Assembly (NCBI GenBank): GCA_002269645.1
Contig: NIVC01002976.1
Coordinates: 62,001-126,000, forward strand
Direction of reading: 5' to 3'
DNA length: 64,000 nt
From: Macrostomum lignano
Taxonomy: Eukaryota
Of the stretch, positions 19,184 to 40,800 are shown piece after piece; positions within the stretch are counted from its first letter, which is position 1; the number at the start of each line of letters is the position of its first letter. The translations under genes were made by a program, and so were the position numbers. The notes under the pieces are model-generated. The model saw only the letters and a list, made by a program, of their open reading frames with translations. It did not search any database and was not told where the DNA came from.

Positions 19184-20483
19184 ATCAGCCAAAACCTCGG
19201 CTGCCGCCTCTTCCTCAGCTACCGGAAGAGGCCCGTCTGCCAGTCCAGCAGCAGCTGATGTCGGAGCTGCAGCAGCGCCTGCGCCAGCAGTTCGATGTCG
19301 AGGCGATGCTGGAAGCCACAATGGACTCTGTCAGTCTGGATTCCATTTTTGAACAGGCAGAGAACTCTCATTGAGCTCCCTTGGGTGTTTTTTAATGGGC
19401 CAGAATGATGATTTTTACAGGTAATGGAAACTTCCAAAGTAGGGTTGATGACGTATTACATTTATGTGCTTATTGAAATTTTGTCTTGTTGGTTTAGCAC
19501 AGATTTTGACATTCTGATGCAGTTTTGCCAGTAGAAGCGGTTACAATCTTTGATTGTACTTATTAGACGATATGTTGAGATTTGTTGGCACAAATTTGAT
19601 GTGTTATCATGTGTAACTTAGGTGCTATTTTGTTTACCCTGAGATTTCTGTACTTCTTGTTGAGTTACACTTTCATTTCTAATTCTATTCAGTGCATTAT
19701 GCTCTTTTAATCAAGTTGACAGAACCCGAGCTTCACAGGTAATTCCTTAAATTCTTCAGTATGTGATCAATCGTGTGATGTTTTAGCCAATTCACATTTT
19801 AGCTGTGTTAACTTCTACCTTAATTCAGTATTATATTGTTAGCTCAGTTGTAGTTTCATCTGTCACTGACCTCTCTTAATCACTAATTGATTAATTGATT
19901 AATTAGTTCAATATTTTTGTTAACTCTGATTCCTCATTGTAAAACCCTATTTTATTTAGCTCTGTTTTGGTGCTATGATGTTTTTTTCCGGCAATAAAAT
20001 AAAAATTATTATCATGATTATAGCATGATACAATTGGACACAATTTATCTGCATTGGTTTGCAAGAACTTTTCCTAAAATTAAATTTTCAATCATAAATA
20101 AATGTTTATAGCTCGTAGGTCGGATATACAAAGACGGCAACAATATCAACGTGCCTAGGAAACCGCTCAGCACTTTACGGCTAGTCCTATTGTAGAGCTG
20201 GCATAGTCAATTTAAATATAGCTCAAATTGAAAATATTTTCATCTCTGTCTGTCCACTTCAAATCAACAGGAATTCATGATGGCTGTCATCGATATATAC
20301 TCTACGTTCCTAAACACACGTGAATTATTATAACTTTACAATCCGTGTTTACACGTGGTAAACATTTTAGACCTTAAATAGCAAGTTTTTCGAGTCAGTA
20401 ATAACTGATCCATTCATCCCAGACCGCGGGAAGGGGCTGCTTCATCACCTATGGAAACTTTTGGAGACTCTTGAGCAATCTTG

Positions 20484-28158
<7,675 letters not shown>

Positions 28159-28418
28159 CACAAAACGAAATTGATTCGAGACTTCATGAAGCTTAAATTG
28201 AAACTGGACATTGTTGATGCCTTCTCGAGGAAAACGCTTGCAATTATTTCGCATATTCTGAATATTTAATAACACTTTTTAAGAGGCTTGTAAACTCAAA
28301 CTGAAGCTTAGTTATCCAGGCTAAATTCTCTTCATTTTTAAACCGCCTCAAACACTTTTACTCATGTCTATCTACTCGTATTACTTTCCTACCTTATTTA
28401 TTCATGTACCAGCTATAT

Positions 28419-28756
28419 CAGAGGTCTGCAAACGTTTTTGTATCAAGAGCCAGATATTAAATCCAGCTCATGGCTTCGGGCCAGACGAGAAAGGAAAGAG
28501 GAGAGAATACAAAATTTGAAATGAGAGAGGAGAGGAAGGGCGAGAGATGGGTTGAGAGAAGAGATACGATAGAAGATAAGAGGAGAAAAGATTGAAGAGA
28601 GGGAAGAGAATAGGAGAATAGAGAGGAGATAAGAGAAGGGGAGATGAGCGAGGAGAGAAGAGAGACGAGAGACGAGAGCGGAGACGAGAGAGGAGAGAAG
28701 AGAGGAGAGAAGAGAGGGGAGAGAGAAGGGAAGAGGAGAGAGGAGAAAAGAGAGGG

Positions 28757-28802
<46 letters not shown>

Positions 28803-28985
28803 GAAGGGAAGAGGAGAGAGGAGAAAATAGAAGGGCAGAGGAGAGAGAGCAGAGAAGAGAGAGGAGAAGAGAGCTGAGAAGAGAGAGAAACAGGATTGCT
28901 ATTGTGAAGTTTCAAAAAACCCCGGGGCCGTATCGAGAAGCTTCGTGGCCAGATGCGGTCCGCGGACGGAGTTTGCAGACCCCTG
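28419..28985. mobile_element. hAT-like non-autonomous element with an internal GA-rich minisatellite
   Basis: TIR CAGAGGTCTGCAAAC / GTTTGCAGACCCCTG. No clean TSD. The duplicate lies at ~43106-43990. Confidence 0.65.
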
Positions 28986-29689
28986 ATTTATACGTATCGC
29001 TCCGAGTCGAAGATACTTCTAGCTGGATTTATGTATTTATGCCATATTTAATTAAATTAATTCCTGTTTCGAATTAAAATATATCCATAAAAGTACATAA
29101 GAAAGTACTTGGAGTTTGACCGACAATATTCGACTTTATTGAAGCGACATTAAGTAAAGCTTTACCTGCTTTGCTATGCATGTTTGAAGAACGTAGGCTA
29201 ATTTGGCTACTTTCAGCAGCGTGTTTAGCGTATTTATTTAAATTATTAAAAAAAGTGTTGCTAGACTGTTGACGGAACCTGGAGTCGATGAACAAATAAA
29301 ATACAGATAGCAAGACTTCGCAAAGATGGAAAATTTTGATTTATAAAATATTAAAAAGGGCCTGTTAGATATGTATATACTTGTGTATTGCTACATCAAT
29401 TTTCTTTTAAATTTCTCTTGACGATACTGATTATTAATAAACTTGAGGATATAAATCTACAAGCTGTTGAAACCCGGGGAATTCCGATTCCTGGAAATAT
29501 TTGTGCATGTGCTCTGAGATCTGAGGCCATACTCAAGCAAAAACTTGTTAATAGTTAGTAGGATAGAGTAAACATAAAATGGAGTACATTCGTGTAAAAT
29601 TAGGATTTGAGGCAAACATTTGATATTGTTGGCTGGGGTACGTGCTGCGCAGAATGTCGGGCAATGTCTGTCTGACTCTAAAACATGTA

Positions 29690-30038
29690 TTGGCAAACTC
29701 TGGCCTCCGCCTCTGACTCTCAACTTGTATCTTGTATCTGACTCTCAACTCAACTTGGATTGCAACTTGTATCTTCTCTTCTGTTTCCTCTCTTCTTTCT
29801 CGTCCCTCGTCTCTCCTTTCTTCTCTTTCTCCTCTCCTCTCTCCCCCTTTTCTCTCGTCTCTTTCCTCTCATCTCTTTTCTTGTTTTATCTCTCCTCTCT
29901 CCCCTCGTCTCTCGTCTCTTCCCTCACCTCTCTTCTCTCTCGTCTGCTCTCTCATCTCTCCTTTCTCTTCTTTTATCTTTTCTCTCTTATCTCTTCTCGT
30001 TTCTCTCTGCTCTGCTCTGCTCTCTCTCTCTCTCTCTC

Positions 30039-30108
<70 letters not shown>

Positions 30109-31058
30109 GCTCTCTTTTATCTCTCCTCTCCCATCTCTCTTCTCCTCTCTACTCTCTCCCCTCTTCATTCTCCTCTTTCCTCTTCTCTCTCCTCATTCAC
30201 TTCTCTCTCCCTGTCTCTCCTCTCTCCTCTAGTCTCTGTAATCTCTTCTCTCTTCTCTCTCCTCTGTTCTCTCTACTCTCTCATCTCTCGTCTTTTTACC
30301 CTCATCTCTGCTCTCTCATCTGTCATTTTTACTCTCTTATCGGTTCTCTCACTTATCTCCTCTGTACTCTTCTCTTTCCCCTCTTCTGACTCCTCTCTTT
30401 TCTTACTCCTCTCTTCTTTTCTCTTCCCTCTTCTATGCTCTCTCTCCTCTATTATCTTCTCTCGTCTCTCTGCACTCCTCTCACCTTTTTCATCTCTCAT
30501 CTTTACTCTCTCATCTCTCCTTTCATCTGTCCCATCTCTACAGTCTCATCTCTTTCCTCTCTCCTCCTCTTCCCTTTACTCTCTCATCTCTCCTTTCTAC
30601 CCTCTTCTTTCACCACTCTCTTGTCTCTATCTTTTCTCTTCTCACTCCTCTCTCCCCCTCTTATCTCCTCTCTTCTCTATCCCTTCTACTCTCTCCTCTC
30701 TATTCTCTCCTCTCCTCTTGACCCTTTGTCATCTTATTTCTGTCTGCTCTCTCATCTCTACTCTCTTCTCAATCTTCTCTACTCTCCTCTCTCATCGATC
30801 CTCTGTCTCATCTCTCCCGTCTTCTCACCTTTACTCTTTCCTCTCCCTCCTTTCTCCCCTCCTCTCACTTCTTCCTCCCTTCTTCTCTGCTCTCTCCTTA
30901 CCACTTGTCTCTCCTCTTATCTTCCATGTTTTCTCTTATCCCCCTCTCGCCTCTCCTCTCTTCTAATAGTCTATTCCTTCTCCTTTCCACTCTCATCTAG
31001 CCCGCACATAAGCTGGATTCTTTATCTGGCTTTTGAAGTAAAAGTCTGCCGATCCCTG
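29690..31058. mobile_element. Reverse-orientation member of the GA-rich hAT-like MITE family (CT-rich interior)
   Basis: The right end read as reverse complement, CAGGGATCGGCAGACTTTTACTTCAAAAGCCAGAT, matches the family left end. The left end is TTGGCAAACTCTGGCC. Confidence 0.55.
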
Positions 31059-31290
31059 CTTCGAAAGCCAGTTTGTGGGACGTACTACTCTCATCGTTAT
31101 TCTCATGCATTGATCATGTCATCTTTCTTGCCAATTTGCAGTCCTGAAAGGAATTTGTGTATCTTCAGCTCCACCGCAGTCTGCATCAGTCTAACAACCA
31201 AGGAAATACGCATTTCTTAGGCCATTTAAATTTCAAAGTACTTTAAGAGAAACTTAAAATTTTCATGGTGTGACTAATTTAGTAGGGACT

Positions 31291-32068
31291 TAGGGATTGC
31301 AATTGCAGGCACTTTTTGGCCTGAAGGAATCCCGGGATTAGGGGCTCGGGATCCCGGGATTGGAAACTTTTTTGATAAAGTGGGTGATATCCAGGAAATA
31401 TCAAAATGTTCGTATTTTAAATACATTACACAAGTAACATTCGAACGCGTCGTGATCGTGACGTGACTCTCGATTCTCGAATCGGGATACAATACAAATT
31501 ATACAATACATACAATACACGCGAGTCTCAAACCTGTGTTGTGTTTGTGTATTTGACTACTTGAGTTACTTGTGTAACTTGTGTTATGTACATAAAAGCA
31601 TTGAAAAATGACTGGGAGATAATTTTGCATGCATGTATATTCATGTTTTATTTATATAGTACTATTTCATAGTAGTATTATACTATACTATACTACTATA
31701 CTACTACTATACAATACAATATATAGTACATGTATACAAGTAGTATATCGTATATACTCGTATCGTACGATATATCGTTTATCGTATTGTATATATATAC
31801 GATATATACGATATACTACTTACATAAATATATTATATATTGTATAGTAGTAGTATAGTATAGTAGTATATCGTATATAGTATAGTAGTAATATAGTAAG
31901 TTGGACCAAGTACAGAATGCATTCTTAATTTGAAGCCGGTTTTCTGGCATTCTATCGGCAAAAACATTTAAAATGTCAATATCGGGATTGGGTCCGGGAT
32001 CTCGGGATTGAGTCATAGCTTCGTCCGGGATCCCGGGATCGTAGAACAGCCGGGATTTGCAATCCCTA
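31291..32068. mobile_element. MITE with TAGGGATTGCAA TIRs and subterminal CCCGGGAT repeats (hAT-like)
   Basis: TAGGGATTGCAA at 31291 and TTGCAATCCCTA ending at 32068, with multiple CGGGAT motifs at both ends and an AT-rich simple-repeat interior. Absent from duplicate copy B. Confidence 0.6.
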
Positions 32069-32089
32069 ATCGGGAAAGAGAGGCAGGCG

Positions 32090-32472
32090 GGCGGAGGTTG
32101 GGGTGGTTGCTACGCTGAAAAAAGCAGCCTAACTTTAAAAGTGCACAGCGCCGTTCAGGATTCACTTTGAGACTTGAAATTTTACATGATTGTGCCAAAA
32201 TAGTTGAAGATTGTCTGTGTCAAATTTGAAGAGAATCGGTAGAAGTGGAGCGGCGCTATGGAGGATTAAGTGAAAAAATCGCGCATTTTGAGGGTAGGAA
32301 GACTTAAGTCTAGGAAATTTAAAGGTAGCCTAAGACATTCTCCGTAGTAAGTTTAGGGTGGGTGTAAAGTTTGGTGTCATTTGGTTGAGCGGTTTGGGAG
32401 TCCATAGCGATCAAAATTGTACACACACACACAGACAGACAGACAGAGTTTTGATTTTTATATGTAGAGATT
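32090..32472 (+). mobile_element. Possible DINE-1/HINE-like (Helentron-associated) non-autonomous element
   Basis: AAATTTGAAGAGAATCGGT and AAGTTTGGTGTCATTTGGTTGAGCGGTT motifs, a (CA)/(CAGA)n microsatellite, then TTTTTATATGTAGAGATT. This is pattern resemblance only. Confidence 0.35.
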
Positions 32473-33084
32473 TTGAAATTCACGTAGTGAATCGAAAGCT
32501 TAGAAGCGTTTATAAAACCGAACTTGTGATTAAATTAGCATAATTAGATTATGCTGACTATTCAAATACATTCAGTTGTCATATTTTGATGCAGATCAGG
32601 ACTGATTTGGCACTGGCATGCGGCAGGAAATAGCAGAACTTCGCAATATTAATCTAACGGAAGACCCAATTTTTATAAACAAAAACTTTCCCACCACAGC
32701 GAATAGTTGTTAGTTGGAAATACAAATGTTAAAATTCCGAGCTGTGGTTGGAAACTCTGTGGTTAAATAGAAACTGCTTTGGATTATAAATAGATCTGCT
32801 AACTTATCTTTAGCTGCCTTCGACGTGTATTGGAATTAACAAATTTATACTCCAAATAATAATTAAATTGTTGATTTTGCGTACATTTTGAATTATATTA
32901 TATTTGTAGTTTACCAATCAAAAAGCATATAGGATTCGCAAGGATCCAACACTTTTTAATACTCGTAGCTCCGCTTATAATAACTAAAGCTATTTAATCA
33001 GTTCATATAATAAATAGACAGTTGCTGCAACACAGTAACTCTGAAAAGTAATGTTTTAATTAATTGGTTTAATGATTTGCATTA

Positions 33085-34640
33085 GCAGTTGACAAACTTT
33101 TTACCTCAAATGCCAAAGGAGAGGAGAGAAGGAGATAAGGGAGAGGAGACAAGGGAGAGGAGAGAAGGGAGAGGAGACAAGGGAGAGGAGAGAAGGGAGA
33201 GGAGACAAGGGAGAGGAGAGAAGGGAGAGGAGAGAAGGGAGAGGAGAGAAGGGAGAGGAGAGAAGGGAGAGCAGAGAAGGGAGAGGAGACAAGGGAGAGG
33301 AGAGAAGGGAGAGGAGAGAAGGGAGAGGAGAGAAGGGAGAGGAGAGAAGGGAGAGGAGAGAAGGGAGAGGAGAGAAGGGAGAGGAGAGAAGGGAGAGGAG
33401 AGAAGGGAGAGGAGAGAAGGGAGAGGAGAGAAGGGAGAGGAGAGAAGGGAGAGGAGAGAAGGGAGAGGAGAGAAGGGAGAGCAGATAAGGGAGAGGAGAC
33501 AAGGGAGAGGAGAGAAGAGAGAGGAGAGAAGGGAGAGGAGAGAAGGGAGAGTAGAGAAGGGAGAGGAGAGAAGGGAGAGCAGATAAGGGAGAGGAGACAA
33601 GGGAGAGGAGAGAAGGGAGAGGAGACAAGGGAGAGGAGAGAAGGGAGAGGAGAGAAGGGAGAGGAGAGAAGGGAGAGGAGAGAAAGGAGAGGAGAGAAGG
33701 GAGAGTAGAGAGGGAGAGGAGAGAAGGGAGAGCAGAGAAGGGAGAGGAAAGAAGGGAGAGGAGACAAGGGAGAGGAGAGAAGAGAGAGGAGAGAAGGGAG
33801 AGGAGAGAAGGGAGAGTAGAGAAGGGAGAGGAGAGAAGGGAGAGCAGATAAGGGAGAGGAGACAAGGGAGAGGAGAGAAGGGAGAGGAGACAAGGGAGAG
33901 GAGAGAAGGGAGAGGAGAGAAGGGAGAGGAGAGAAGGGAGAGGAGAGAAAGGAGAGGAGAGAAGGGAGAGTAGAGAGGGAGAGGAGAGAAGGGAGAGCAG
34001 AGAAGGGAGAGGAAAGAAGGGAGAGGAGAGAAGGGAGAGGAGAGAAGGGAGAGGAGAGAAGGGAGAGGAGACAAGGGAGAGGAGAGAAGGGAGAGGAGAG
34101 AAGGGAGAGGAGAGAAGGGAGAGGAGAGAAGGGAGAGGAGAGAAGGGAGAGGAGAGAAGAGAGAGGAGAGAAGGGAGAGCAGATAAGGGAGAGGAGACAA
34201 GGGAGAGGAGAGAAGAGAGAGGAGAGAAGGGAGAGGAGACAAGGGAGAGGAGACAAGGGAGAGGAGAGAAGGGAGAGTAGAGAAGGGAGAGGAGAGAAGG
34301 GAGAGCAGAGAAGGGAGAGGAAAGAAGGGAGAGTAGAGAAGGGAGAGGAGAGAAGGGAGAGGAGAGAAGGGAGAGGAGAGAAGGGAGAGGAGAGAAGGGA
34401 GAGGAGAGAAGGGAGAGGAGACAAGGGAGAGGAGAGAAGGGAGAGGAGAGAAGGGAGAGCAGAGAAGGGAGAGGAGACAAGGGAGAGGAGAGAAGGAAGA
34501 GGAGAGAAGAGAGAGGAGAGAAGGGAGAGGAGAGAAGAGACACAAACCGTATGCGGGCCGGATTGCTATAGTGAAGTTTTTAAGGACACCTGAGGGCCGG
34601 ATGGAAAGGCTTGACAAGCCGGAGTTTGCCAACCCCTGGT
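33085..34640. mobile_element. GA-rich hAT-like MITE with ~1.4 kb expanded 14-bp GGAGAGAAGGGAGA array
   Basis: Ends GTTGACAAACTTTTTACCTCAAATGCCA and GGAGTTTGCCAACCCCTG. The paralogous copy at ~45090-45310 has only ~95 bp of repeat. Confidence 0.65.
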
Positions 34641-34868
34641 TAATCATATTTTAATGATTTACGTGATTTAATGTTTTTCTTAAAATTCAGATTCAAGTTA
34701 ACATTCAGATGTTAACATTCAAGTTAAAGTTAACATTCAGATTCTGATTAAACAAAAACAATTCTGAAATCACAAGAATAAAATAAATTATAAATATTAA
34801 CATGCTAAAACATAAAACTTCAGTTTAATTGTCAGAGTTCAGACACAGAAGCCAGTTTTTTAAGCCGT

Positions 34869-37800
34869 TCAGTTGTCCGCTTCGTAGTACACAGTCTGGA
34901 AGAAAAACATTTGCTGGATGTACCTTTAACATTAGCGAAATTCCGTGAATGAAGTATTGAAGTTACAAAGAAGCTGCTCAACTCACGCTAGGGTCGTTCG
35001 GTTTCCCAGCGGCCTGCAGCTCGACACCATCTCTTCGACCGCTAGCGGCAGCTCGATTCCTCTTGAGCACAGCAGCAACAGTTGCCACGGCAACTACGGC
35101 AAGTGAGCAGCAGACTACAGCAACTGTCGAAGCCGGCGTGACAGTTAATGACCATCTATATACTGCAGCTTTTGCTGAAAGGAGAAATTGTGTTTTTGGG
35201 ATTTGGGATGGGATCAATCTCAAACCGACCCAGAAACTTACCGAAAGCATCCTGAAATGTTCTTTTTATCGTTAGAGCTGGGAATGGGTTGAGAGCATCT
35301 GAGTAAGGCTGGCTGAGCTGGCACGTGACCTCAACCTCAGACCGATGCTCGGAAAACCAATGAATGAGTCGCACTCTCCGAATCCAGCCCCGGTTGCTGT
35401 CTGTGCGATAGGGCTCAGGAATTACCTGTCAGTCAGAATGAATAAAAGTGAAGAGCATTAGAATCTGTGGGCCATGCAGAGTACGAGCTATCAATAAAAA
35501 ATTCAGAGTTCAAACCGTAAGTCTCTCGCCGTCTGATCTGCCGGAGTTCAGGGTGCACTTCAGAACCGGTTTTGGATTACCTTCGCCCGTTTCCACAGTC
35601 AGGTTGAGGTCGGACCCGTTCACCAACTGGCCTGACCAGCCGATCCAGTTCGATGGGACTGCGGGAGGATCAGACGTTTGAATCGGTAGTGCTTTGAAGT
35701 CTATGGGCATTAGATACTTGTAGATCAACTTCTATTCAAGTTAAGACCGCTCACAGATCACAGAAATATTCTTCCGGAAGACTCGGTCTTGCAGTCCATC
35801 TTGCTTGACTCTGCAGACTACATGGCCGCCGTTCATCCACTTTTCAACCTTCATGCCGAAGCTGGTCTCGAGCTGGTTCGCCTCCTTGGCTTGCTTTACA
35901 AAACTGTCCAAGCTCACTACGGGACCATCGCCTGTCTGCCGCCAGCACCGGTGACTGGGCTTCGGGTTGCCACCCAGGGACTTCACTGAGATCGAGAGGT
36001 GCTCGCCCTCTCTCAGTAGTTGCAGCCGAGTAGCAGTCCATTGAGTTTTTGCTTCATCTGAAAGAAATGAGCAGCCTTAATTGGCAGATGTGCAACCGAC
36101 AGCTCAGCCGCAGCTATTGCGCGGCGCATCTGAAGGCTGCGTACGGCTGCTCAGTCCAAGGACTGGGGGGGGGGGTCCGCCACACACACCCTCAATTACC
36201 CCAGCTAATGCTGGCACCCATTTTACAGCTGGGAGAACTGAAGCAATGCAGAGTTGAGCGTCTTGCTCAAGGACACAAACTGTTCGTCGTGGATCGGGAA
36301 TCGAACCCCCGACCCATCAGTCGTGAGTCCGACGCTCCAACCGCTAGGCTACAATCTCCTTTTTCTATATACTATGTACAAGCCCTAAAGTACTATGTCC
36401 TATTTAAAAGCTGAGCTTAATACAAATTCGGTAAGAGCTTTTAGCTACTCACATAGGACATTGAGCATCTCACTGCTCACTAGTAAATTAAAAACAGTGA
36501 AACCGTTCGGAGCAATTTGGACAATTTGACATTTGATCCGCATTCCATTGTCACTGGCAGCAGGTGTGAATCTCCAAGTCGATGAGTTGTTGTTGGAAGC
36601 TGGGGTCTAAAAGTTTTGATATATTGCATTACTTTTACGATTATCTGCTCCGATCATTCTGGTGCAATTTCTACGTACCGCTTGTTGAAGCGTCCTCTCA
36701 GCCAGGTGACAAAGGTGTCGAGCTGGTGGATTTCCCGAATCCGATGTCTGCAGGGTGAAACTCACAGCAGATCCGCTCAGAATTCGAGCTGAGGACAGTC
36801 TGATCGATGCGTTTCGGATCGCATCTGCGTGTGTTCAAATTTTTTTAACAGCTTATGATAATGTAGGCTTAAAACTTAAGATAAATGTGCAACTTACAGA
36901 ACACATCAAGAGTCGTGTTTATCCATTGCGCCAACTTGTCATCCTGCTCAAATGCACAGCTGAGAGTTTTTCTGTTGTACTTTCGTGTTATCGCATTCAG
37001 CATGAATTGCTTTTCAAACCGGTCCGGTGCTAGAGACGCATTAGATGGTGCAGTTTCCTGTCAATGGAGAAGTTTTCGTGAATAATGAGGTTACAATAAA
37101 CGAAAACATACTTTAATAACATCTGGGTAAAAGCAAACCTGAAGCAGGGTCCCTCCAGCCCAGCAGGTGACATTTCTCACGGGTGGTCTGCCACCAACTG
37201 ACACTGCTGTGATGGTTAAATTGTCGCCTTCAGTAATGAATGCACTGGGACTGAACGTCAGTGAGTTGTTGGCCAAGACTGAAAATTGGAATGAAGGTTT
37301 TAGAATTTTATGCTTAATGTCATCGATTGGTAATTTTTGCGGCCAATCTTTCTGTAGAAATTTTCTTTGTTATAAGGCTGATGAAAGAGGGTCAAATCCG
37401 GATCAATCACTTATCAGTAATCGATTACCAATGTCAATTACGCAAGTAGTTTAGATTACTAATAATAATGCAATATAATAATAAGAAGTGCAACCGACAG
37501 CTCAGCTGCAGCCATTGCGCGGCGCATCTGAAGGCTGCGTACGGCTGTCCAGTCCAAGGACTGGGGGGGGGGGGTCGCCACACACCCCCTAAGTTACCCC
37601 ATCTGGGTGAACTGAAGCAATGTAGAGTTTGCACAAGGACACAAATTGTTCCTAGTCGGTAGAGAATCGAACCCCCGACCTTTAAGTCGTAAGTCCGACG
37701 CTCTAACCACTAGGGTACAACCTCTCAAATTACAAAAGAAAAATTTGCGAAAGGCATATACTATGTATGATACTCATAGATATCGCAGGCTTAGAAATAA

Positions 37801-40800
37801 TACTTACATTAACCATAGCTTTAACATACAAGTAGGTTCGTATTTTGTCAGAATCAAAAAACTTACGAAAAAGTTCGACTCGGCCGCTGCTAAAAGTCTG
37901 ATTGAATAAAGTCGAACCATCTTTGGCAGTTTGAACGATTTTGCAGTAGACTTTCTGTCCAGAGTCATCGGTAGGGAAGTTCCACGTCCAGAGTGATGAC
38001 GCATTCCGACATGTCGAAGGCTGAAACCCGTTTTGGATGCTGAGAGCGAAAATAAGAAAGGTACAGCACTGTTAAAATGGTTTTCCCTACCTTTAAAAGA
38101 TTGAGAATCCTTCCAGAAGCAGAGCAGCTGTGCAGAGCCGGAGGATTTCCGCAGTCAGAGGCGAGCAGCAGAATTTCAGCTGAGGAATTCGCTCGGATCT
38201 GCGGTGCGGCCAGCCTGATGGAGGCGCTCCGCACGGGGTCTGTGGTAATTTAAGTTGCATATACAGTAAGGCTGCATATTGCTATCAATTGTTGCGTCCA
38301 GTATGGCTATGCATCGTTGCCTTGCAGAGATAGGAGACTACACTCTTAGGCGTACCTTACACTCATAATCATGAGTAATTAGCAGGTCAGCTCCGTGGCC
38401 TCTTACTCATACTTGTAGCAACTCTTTACTGTCTACTGCAGCATACCAGCGTATTAATTAGCATTAGATCTCATTGCGTCCTGCACCTCTAACTTTTACT
38501 TCACAAATATCACTATGTATGTACATAAATTAAATTTTAAACTTTAAAATTAAAATAAATCATGCTAATTTTTAATAGTGTAGTTTAAGGCGGTTTACAG
38601 CATCTAATTTGTTTCAAACTTTCTTCTGGCTGTCTTGGTGGTGATGGGTGAGCGTGTGAGCGGGTCTGCTGCTTAGCTTTTTCATGTGATCATTTTTAAA
38701 TCAAGTTTTGCTTTGCTTGAATCAGCGATTCGGCAAGCAAATATTCATGAAGTGACTCACACAGAGCAGCTGGTAGTGGATGCCGGGCCCAGGTCTCGAT
38801 CAGTCCCGACTGATTCACCAGACACGCAACGGATGCCCTGCTGCCCCACCGTCTGCTCACAGTTACTGAGAATGTGCTGCTCAAGTTTGTGCTCTGAAGT
38901 GAGTTCAGCCCATGCTGTTTTCTGCGGGTTTCGCAACTCAGCTGCAAAACTGTAAAATACTCACCGAGACAATCCGCAGTGTCGAGTTCGGGACTCCCTC
39001 TGACTGCAGAAAGCAGCTATGACTGGTTGTCGCCCAGTTCCCTTGAGATGAGTCGGCTGTCAGATTGACAGTCGCTCCGTCTATCCAGTTGGAGTCTGGC
39101 GGAAGCAGAAACCGAGTCCTGCAGGGCTCTGGAAAGGTTCGAGACGTTGGTGGGATGAGAATTGTTGTTGCGTGAATCAGCAGTGAGAGCTGACTCACCC
39201 TTTATTTCAGGTATGCGAGCTGACACTGTTGTTATGGTCTGATTGTTGCACTCGAGGCTGCAAAATAATGTTCCGCCCTGATAGCTCAGCGATACTGGAA
39301 CGCTGAAGTACGAGATGAGATCAAAGCTCGCATTGCTGCTCCTTGTGGTGAGTTTCTGAAATTCAAAATGCCAAATAATTATTCGGTTTAGCTTGTGAAA
39401 GATTGCTCCACGGTAAAGTGAAAGATTTAGTGTGTCTTTAAAAACGAGAACATGAAAGTTTCTTCTCACTTCCGAGATCGGCCTTAGTTCTTTAACATTA
39501 CTCATCGAATTGAATACAGAAATTGCCACCGAACACTTGTGCACAGGCATTGGAAACGAGCCTTGAGTGATGAATGTGAAAACTGCAGTACTGTTGACCA
39601 CCCAGTGCTTAGTGAAGCCAAGGTTCAGCTGAATGGACGATGGGATTTCTGGAATGTTTAGAGCTGTTGCACATACTCTGGAGCCAAGCAGCTAGCTACT
39701 TCCCCAAAAATTCCCCAGAACACAAACAGCTCGCTACTTCCCCAAAATTCCCCAGAACACAAACAGCTCGCTACTTCCCCAAAATAATTCCCCAGAACAC
39801 AAACAGCTCGCTACTTCCCCAAAAAGTCCCCAGAACACAAACAGCTCGCTACTTCCCCAAAATAATTCCCCCAGAACACAAACAGCTCGCTACTTCCCCA
39901 AAATAATTCCCCCAGAACACAAACAGCTCGCTACTTCCCCAAAAAATTCCCCAGAACACAAACAGCTCGCTACTTCCCCAACAAATCCCCAGAATAGAGT
40001 CAACGCCCCACATTCAGAACTCACTGATCGACTTCCAACCGCGGAGTCCCAACGTCTGTGAAGTCACCGCCAGAGTGCCATCAGTGCAGCTGTGCCGGCA
40101 CTGCAGTGACGCACCGTGCATATCCCAAGTCATGGTAATGTCGTTCAGAATCAGGAAGCTGGGTCTATAAGTCTTCTGTAAGATTGAAGGGAAACTTTAA
40201 TGTAATACTGTTTTACATCTTACACTGTAATTTGATTTCGATTCAGTCCTTACGATTCTCAGGGCCGTGACGTCACCGCTACGGGTTCTGATGCTGCAGT
40301 TCACCGAGTCAGGCTTCTCTGTCTTGCATGGCAGCGACTCTTTAACCATCACCTTGTCGTTTAGCGTCAGTTTTGACAATTGTTCAACAGAGCACCTTTG
40401 TCTGCCTTCTGGCTTGCAAAAGTATTCTCTAAAGCAGCCAGACTCCTGTGCTTCATCTTGTTCATCTTCCTCAAGTTCCACCATCACGAAGTTCATGTAC
40501 TTGTCGGCTGCATTGGCAACGAATTTCCTCAGCAACACGAACCTCGGCAGCTGCAATGGGATTCAAAAGTGAGCACAGCGAGTTCGAATATCGAATGGAT
40601 TCAGTAAGCGGGTGCCAAACCTTTGAATAATTCCGAGTTGCGCAGGTCATTTTGTATGAAAAGTTCGAGTTGCCAAAGTTTCCAGTGACTCCGCACAGGT
40701 AAAATTCGATCAGACTGTGGTTGAAACTCGCGATGCAGTCAAGTGGATTCTCAGTCAGACCTGCTGGCATCTGGTGGCCGAGCAGAACCTCGATGCCCTG

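Noticed and set aside
29620-34647. Long Leu/Ser/Pro-rich and Glu/Arg/Gly-rich ORFs
   Set aside because: They are translations of CT/GA low-complexity arrays inside MITEs.
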